DNA of 59,460 nucleotides from an uncultured Planctomycetota bacterium (GTDB lineage Bacteria; Planctomycetota; J058): NCBI GenBank assembly GCA_964569055.1, contig CAZMSZ010000001.1, positions 1 to 59,460 of the forward strand, read 5' to 3'. Shown piece by piece: positions 52,787 to 59,460 of this stretch (position 1 is its first letter; each line of letters starts with the position of its first letter). The notes under the pieces were generated by a model. It saw only the letters and a program-made list of their open reading frames with translations, ran no database searches and was not told where the DNA came from. The position numbers and the translations under genes were made by a program.

Positions 52787-53503
52787 CTACGGCTGCCGGA
52801 CGAAGCGATAGCCCACGCCGCGCACGCTCAGGATGTGGCGCGGCTCGCTCGGCTCGGGCTCGAAGTATTTGCGCAGGCGGAGCACGAAGTTGTCCACGGT
52901 GCGCGTCTCGAGCGTGCCAGGCTGGTCCCACACCTTCTCGAGGAACGTGCTGCGCGGGATCACCTCGCCCTCGTGCTCGGCGAACAGGCGCATCATCTCG
53001 GCCTCGCGCCAGGTGAGCTGGACCTCGGCGCCGGTGTGGGTCACCGCCTTCTGGCTGCGCAGGTCCACCCGGCAGTTGCCGAACGCGATCACCGCGCCGC
53101 TCTCCGGGTCGTCCGACTCGCCGCGGCGGCGAGCCCAGACCTGCCGGCGCAGGAGCCCGCGCACGCGCGCGAGCAGCTCGTCGAGGTCGAACGGCTTGGT
53201 GAGGTAGTCGTCGGCGCCCGCGTCGAGGCCGCGCACCCGGTCCTCGAGCAGGTCGCGCGCGGTGAGCATCAGGATCGGCACGAAGTTCTCGTCGCGCCGG
53301 ATCCGGCGGGCCACCGCGTGGCCGTCGAGCTTGCCGGGCAGCATCACGTCGAGCACGACCACGTCGACCCGCTCGCGCGCGAGCGCGTCGAGCGCCTCCT
53401 CGCCCGTGGTGGCGAGCGTCACCGCGTAGCCCGCGTTCTCGAGGTTGAACCGCAGCCCGAGGGCGAGGTGCTCCTCGTCCTCGACCAGCAGCACCCGGCT
53501 CAC
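52787..53503 (-). CDS. OmpR-family response regulator
   Basis: GTG at 53503 overlaps the kinase stop (GTGA). The receiver reads RVLLVEDEEH...DVVVLDVMLPG...ILMLTA...GADDYLTKPF. The winged-helix end is TRTVDNFVLRLRKYFE...ILSVRGVGYRF. Confidence 0.9.
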   Translation of the reverse strand: MSRVLLVEDEEHLALGLRFNLENAGYAVTLATTGEEALDALARERVDVVVLDVMLPGKLDGHAVARRIRRDENFVPILMLTARDLLEDRVRGLDAGADDYLTKPFDLDELLARVRGLLRRQVWARRRGESDDPESGAVIAFGNCRVDLRSQKAVTHTGAEVQLTWREAEMMRLFAEHEGEVIPRSTFLEKVWDQPGTLETRTVDNFVLRLRKYFEPEPSEPRHILSVRGVGYRFVRQP

Positions 53504-54534
53504 GCCGCTCCCTCCCCCGTGGCCACGGCCTCGGCCAGCGCCTGCTCGCGCGGGCGCAGCCCGGGCAGCACGATCCGGATCGTGGTCCCGGTGCCCGGAC
53601 CCTCGGAGCGCGCCTCGACGTCGCCCCCGTGGGCGTCCACGATCGTGGCCACGATCCACAGCCCGAGGCCGGTCCCGGCCTGGGTCGGCCGAGCGGCCTC
53701 GTCGGGCTGCAGCCGCTGGTAGCGCTCGAACACGCGCCGCAGCGCCTCGCGCGGGATCCCGCAGCCGCCGTCGCGGACCTCGAGCGCCACCGCCTCGCCG
53801 CCCTCGACCCGCAGCGGCTCGAGGGCGAGCGTCACCTGGGCGGGCTCGCCGGCCTTGCGGTACTTGATCGCGTTGTCGATCAGGTTGTCGAGCGCCTGCC
53901 GGAAGATCAGCCGGTCGATCGAGGCCCACGCCGGCGGCCCCTCCTCGAGCGCGATCGTGACCTCGCCGTCGAGCCGCTCGACCGCGACGCGCCGCTCGGC
54001 CGCGAACGCCTCGAGGTAGGCGCGCAGCTCGGTCGGCTCGGGGGCGATCTGCAGGCCGTGGGGGCTGTCGACCTGCGCGGTGCGCAGCACGTTGCCGAGC
54101 TGCGCGCGCAGCCGCTCGACGTCGGTCAGGATCAGCCCCAAGAAGCGCTCGCGGTCGGCGGGCGAGAGGTCGGGGCGGCGCAGCGTCTGCGCGAACAGCT
54201 TGATGCTCGCGAGCGGGGAGTTGAGCTCGTGGGTGAAGGTCGCCACGAAGCTCGCCAGGCGCTGGTTGTAGCGGATCTGGATCAGCAGCTGCGCGCCGAG
54301 GATCGAGAGCAGCACGATGATCGCCACGAAGAACGCCGAGCCGAGCGCGATGAACGTCCAGTGGAAGGCGGCCGCGCCCTCCTCCTCGGCCTGCGCCGCG
54401 AGCTCCACGATCCGCTGGTAGTCGAACGCGAGCACCACGTTCCACAGCACCAGCAGCGCGACCACGAGCACCAGGCTGGTGACGAACAGGATCAGCGGGC
54501 CGCGGATCGTGGCGCGAATGCGGCGGAGCTTCAT
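53500..54534 (-). CDS. Sensor histidine kinase
   Basis: Two TM helices. H-box [13 protein letters not shown]-box [11 protein letters not shown]-boxes DGGCGIP and GTGLGLWIV. Confidence 0.85.
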   Translation of the reverse strand: MKLRRIRATIRGPLILFVTSLVLVVALLVLWNVVLAFDYQRIVELAAQAEEEGAAAFHWTFIALGSAFFVAIIVLLSILGAQLLIQIRYNQRLASFVATFTHELNSPLASIKLFAQTLRRPDLSPADRERFLGLILTDVERLRAQLGNVLRTAQVDSPHGLQIAPEPTELRAYLEAFAAERRVAVERLDGEVTIALEEGPPAWASIDRLIFRQALDNLIDNAIKYRKAGEPAQVTLALEPLRVEGGEAVALEVRDGGCGIPREALRRVFERYQRLQPDEAARPTQAGTGLGLWIVATIVDAHGGDVEARSEGPGTGTTIRIVLPGLRPREQALAEAVATGEGAA

Positions 54535-54647
54535 ACCTCCGCGATGATACCGGGCGGGCGCGGCCCAGCGGCTCGCGACCCAGCGTTATGATCCCCGCGC
54601 GCCGTCGGCGGCCGCGCCGGCGACGCCCCCCCGACGAGGAGCAGACC

Positions 54648-56651
<2,004 letters not shown>

Positions 56652-56732
56652 GCGTGCCGGCGCAGGGCGACTCGAGCCGGAGTGGACAGGGCCTGCGCGC
56701 GTGGCTCGAGGCCTGAGCCGCGCGCTCGGAGC

Positions 56733-57296
56733 TCAGACCCTGCAGCCCTCGTCGGAGCACGTCGCGTCGGCGCCGGCGGGGTCGGTCCCCGCGTCGCGCG
56801 CCGCCGCGGGGTCCAGCTCGGCGAGCAGGCGCTGGATCGAGGCGCCGAGCAGCATGTCCTCGTGGGCGCCGAACCAGTGCTCGCGCAGCCGGCCCTGGCC
56901 GTCGATCAGGATCGTGGTGGGCGTCCCGCGCATGCCGTAGTCCGCCATGGTCCGCGGGATCGAGCCCCCGTCCGCGGCGGGGGCGTCGATCCCGACGGGG
57001 AACCGCACGCGGTACTCGTGCAAGAACGCCCGCAGGGACACCTCCTGCATGGCCTCGTGGTGCTCGAACACGGTGTGCAGGCCGACCACCGTCAGCGGGG
57101 CGCCCTGGAACAGCTCCGCCGCGCGCTGGGCCTGGGGGATCCCGCGGGAGACGCACCCCGGGCAGAGCATCTGGAAGGCGTGGAGGAGGACGACGCGTCC
57201 GCGGAGGCGCGTGAGCTCGAGCGGCTCGGGGGTGTTCAGCCAGCGCGTCACGTGCCAGGGGGGAGCGGGCCGCGGGGTCGTGGCGGCAACGGACAT
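56733..57296 (-). CDS. Thioredoxin-fold redoxin (TlpA/AhpC-TSA-like)
   Basis: The CPGC active site sits in VVLLHAFQMLCPGCVSRG, with GTPTTILIDGQGRL further downstream. Confidence 0.8.
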   Translation of the reverse strand: MSVAATTPRPAPPWHVTRWLNTPEPLELTRLRGRVVLLHAFQMLCPGCVSRGIPQAQRAAELFQGAPLTVVGLHTVFEHHEAMQEVSLRAFLHEYRVRFPVGIDAPAADGGSIPRTMADYGMRGTPTTILIDGQGRLREHWFGAHEDMLLGASIQRLLAELDPAAARDAGTDPAGADATCSDEGCRV

Positions 57297-57436
57297 GACC
57301 TCTCCTGGGAGAAAATGGTAGCGAGTCGCTACTATCTTGCGCCGAGGGGCGGAGCTCGGTCAAGCCGTATCGCCTCGACACCGGCTGGGCAGCCGAGGTC
57401 TCGCAACACGCTCGTCCGCGCGGTCGCGGCGCGCGA

Positions 57437-59395
57437 TCAGCGCGCGAGCACCTTCGCCAGCTGCCCCGCGACCAGCCGGACCTGCGGGTCGCTCGCCTCG
57501 GCGGCGAGGGCGCTCACAGCGGGCAGCGCGGGCTTCGCCGTGGCGCCCATGGCGCGGAGCGCGTGGAGCGCGAACAGCTGCAGGGCGGGGTCGTCGAGCG
57601 CCGCCCGTACGGCCTCCAAGGCGGGCGCGCCGATCTCGCCGAGCGCCCGGGCGGCCTGGTGTCGGGCGTAGACGTCGCCTCGCCCCAGCGCCTCGACCAG
57701 GTGGGGCACCGCCGCCTCGCCGATCGCGGCCAGGGCGTCGGCCGCGGCCTGGCCGTCGCGCCCGCGGCCCAGCGCGGCGCACAGCGTCGGGGCGGTCGGG
57801 CTGGCGATCGGGCCGAGCCGGCCGAGCGCTTGCGCCGCCTCCCGGCGGACGCCGGCGTCGGGGTCGCGCAGCCGGGCGGCGAGCGCCTCGAGCGAGGTCG
57901 GACGCGCTTCGGCGCCGTGCGCGGCCACGTCGCCGAGGGCCCGGGCCAGGCGGCTCCGGATCGAGGCGTCGGGGTGGTCCTGAGAGGCCTGCACGAGGGC
58001 GGCCCGGACCTCGGCGGACGGGGCCGGGGCGCGCGCGCAGCGCGCTACCAGCGCCCCGGCCGCGAGGCGCCGGACTCCCCCGTGGTCCGAACCGAGCGCC
58101 TCGATCAGGATCGGGAGCGCGCCGTCGCCGAGGAGCTTCAGCTCGTCGAGGTAAGCGCCCACGCCGACGTCGATCGTGCCCGGGGTCGCGGGCGCACGGG
58201 CGCGCGCGTGCTCGATCCAGCCGCGGGCCGCCGCCGCGTCCCGATCGACCGGAGGCGCGCCCGGCTCGGGCCGAGGCGGGAGCACGAGCGCGACGACCTC
58301 GACCTTCCAGCTCCGGCCGCCCGACTTGCGCGCGTGCGCCAGCTCGAGCCGGGCTCCCACCTCGCAGCGCTCCAGCAGCGCGAGCAGCTCGACGGCGCTC
58401 TCGACGGGCTGTCGCTCGAGGGCGAGCAGCCGGCTCTCGACCTCGAGGCCCGCGGCCGCCGCCGCGCTCCCAGGCGCGGGCGGCTGAGCGAGGTGCGCGC
58501 AGCGCTCGGGGCCAGGCGGCTCGGACCCCCGCTGCGTAGCGCGCCAGGTCGGCGCGGCGCCGTCGGCGAGGTCGAGCCCCAGCCAGTCGAGCAGGCGCTG
58601 GCGCGCTGCTTCCGCGGAGGGCAGCGGACTCGCGGCGGGCGGTTCCGATCGGGGCTGCAACCCCGCCAGCCGCACGCGCACCGTCCGCACGTCTTGCCCG
58701 GGCTGGCCCCAGCCGTAGGCGTGCGTGTCGCCGACCTCGAGCACCACCTCTTCGCCGGGGACGCGCGACGCGAGCAGGGCCTCCAGGGCGCTGGGGCCGT
58801 CCACGTCCACCGCGTCGACCGCGAAGATCGCGTGGCCCCAGTCGAGACCCGCCCGCTCGGCGGCGCCTCCCAGCCACACCCGCCGGATCACGGCGCGACC
58901 GTCGCGCCCCTCGACCTCGGCCGCGAGGCCCGCGATCGACCGCGGCGGCTCGGCGCGGGCTGGTGCGCGCGGCGGCGTGGGAACCGGCAGCGGAGGCGGG
59001 GGCTCGAGCGGTGCCCCGGTCGGCGGCGCGGGCCTCGAAGCGGTCTCCTCCGGCGGCGAGCCGGCCGGAAAGACCAGGACCAGCGCGGCGACGAGCGCGA
59101 GCACCAGCGCGAAGGCGAGCCCGAGCGCGCGCGACCCTAGGGCTCCCGGTCCGGGCGGCGCCGTCGGCGCCGCCAGGGGCTCGGCGCCGCCACAGGCGCC
59201 GCACCGACCGCCTCCGCTCCAGCACGCGCCGTGATGGCGCGCCAGGCACGCGGCGCACACCAGCGCGCCTGCGTCGGCGGGGTCGACCTCGGCCTGGCAG
59301 CGCGGGCAGCGGCCGAGCCCCAGCCGCAAGGTCGGCTCGGCGGGAGGCGCGGGCGGCGGCCCCGCGTCGTCCTTGCCCGGGGCGTCCGACCTCAC
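57437..59395 (-). CDS. Membrane-anchored zinc-ribbon / PDZ / HEAT-repeat protein
   Basis: The N-terminus carries CPRC...CAAC...CGAC followed by a TM helix (LGLAFALVLALVAALVLVF). A PDZ-like segment is IRRVWLGGAAERAGLDWGHAIFAVD. PBS-lyase-type HEAT repeats include GVRRLAAGALV, ASIRSRLARALG, AGVRREAAQALGRLG and YARHQAARALGEIG. Confidence 0.65.
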   Translation of the reverse strand: MRSDAPGKDDAGPPPAPPAEPTLRLGLGRCPRCQAEVDPADAGALVCAACLARHHGACWSGGGRCGACGGAEPLAAPTAPPGPGALGSRALGLAFALVLALVAALVLVFPAGSPPEETASRPAPPTGAPLEPPPPLPVPTPPRAPARAEPPRSIAGLAAEVEGRDGRAVIRRVWLGGAAERAGLDWGHAIFAVDAVDVDGPSALEALLASRVPGEEVVLEVGDTHAYGWGQPGQDVRTVRVRLAGLQPRSEPPAASPLPSAEAARQRLLDWLGLDLADGAAPTWRATQRGSEPPGPERCAHLAQPPAPGSAAAAAGLEVESRLLALERQPVESAVELLALLERCEVGARLELAHARKSGGRSWKVEVVALVLPPRPEPGAPPVDRDAAAARGWIEHARARAPATPGTIDVGVGAYLDELKLLGDGALPILIEALGSDHGGVRRLAAGALVARCARAPAPSAEVRAALVQASQDHPDASIRSRLARALGDVAAHGAEARPTSLEALAARLRDPDAGVRREAAQALGRLGPIASPTAPTLCAALGRGRDGQAAADALAAIGEAAVPHLVEALGRGDVYARHQAARALGEIGAPALEAVRAALDDPALQLFALHALRAMGATAKPALPAVSALAAEASDPQVRLVAGQLAKVLAR

Positions 59396-59460
59396 CAGGG
59401 AGCCCCCCCGAGCGGCAACGTGAGCTCGCGGGCGCTCGGTTCGCCCGCGGCGCCGCCCTC

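Noticed and set aside
57337-59258. Alternate-frame ORFs 57337..58539(+), 57360..59258(-) and 57563..59140(+)
   Set aside because: All are Arg/Gly/Pro-rich filler. The 57437..59395(-) frame contains coherent zinc-ribbon, TM, PDZ and HEAT-repeat sequence.

Overview
This is a very GC-rich chromosomal window with myxobacterial hallmarks: a MYXO-CTERM-like sorting tail, a sigma-54 promoter, and a Ser/Thr kinase fused to an FGE domain. All domain calls come from reading the supplied translations for motifs; no searches were run.

The centre is a roughly 27 kb, plus-strand, largely translationally coupled operon (7020-34023). It encodes a complete phage-tail-like contractile injection system of the eCIS / Afp-PVC type. 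In order, the genes are:
- sheath and tube;
- a zinc-ribbon protein;
- a tape-measure-like low-complexity giant;
- a DUF4255 terminator;
- a tube-initiator-like protein;
- a LysM-like protein;
- a gpD hub, a gp5 spike and a PAAR-like tip;
- gp25, two baseplate-J-like proteins and a P2-gpI-like protein;
- a 1155-aa DUF6519/LamG/Kelch protein in the tail-fibre position;
- two small paralogous unknowns;
- an Afp15-type AAA+ ATPase.

No capsid, terminase, integrase or T6SS membrane-complex genes are present.

Directly downstream (34027-39870) is a visibly less GC-rich, cargo-like module. It holds a ParB/Srx-like protein and two EEP-fold (DNase I / CdtB-like) proteins with long disordered leaders, acidic Ser/Asp tracts and an NLS-like tail. 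A GNAT-GNAT-SET(LSMT-like) fusion lies on the opposite strand. The whole block sits between the housekeeping genes rnc and mfd.

Left flank:
- a TPR lipoprotein;
- the kinase-FGE fusion;
- a sigma-54-driven secreted-protein / matrixin operon.

Right flank:
- a class-I Fic toxin with a composite VbhA-like antitoxin;
- a twin zinc-ribbon protein;
- an FG-GAP lipoprotein;
- a fatty-acid desaturase;
- nhaA;
- an OmpR/histidine-kinase pair;
- acs;
- a thioredoxin-like protein;
- a PDZ/HEAT membrane protein.

I saw no rRNA, tRNA, CRISPR array or transposase. Many long ORFs in the track are antisense or alternate-frame GC artefacts and were rejected.
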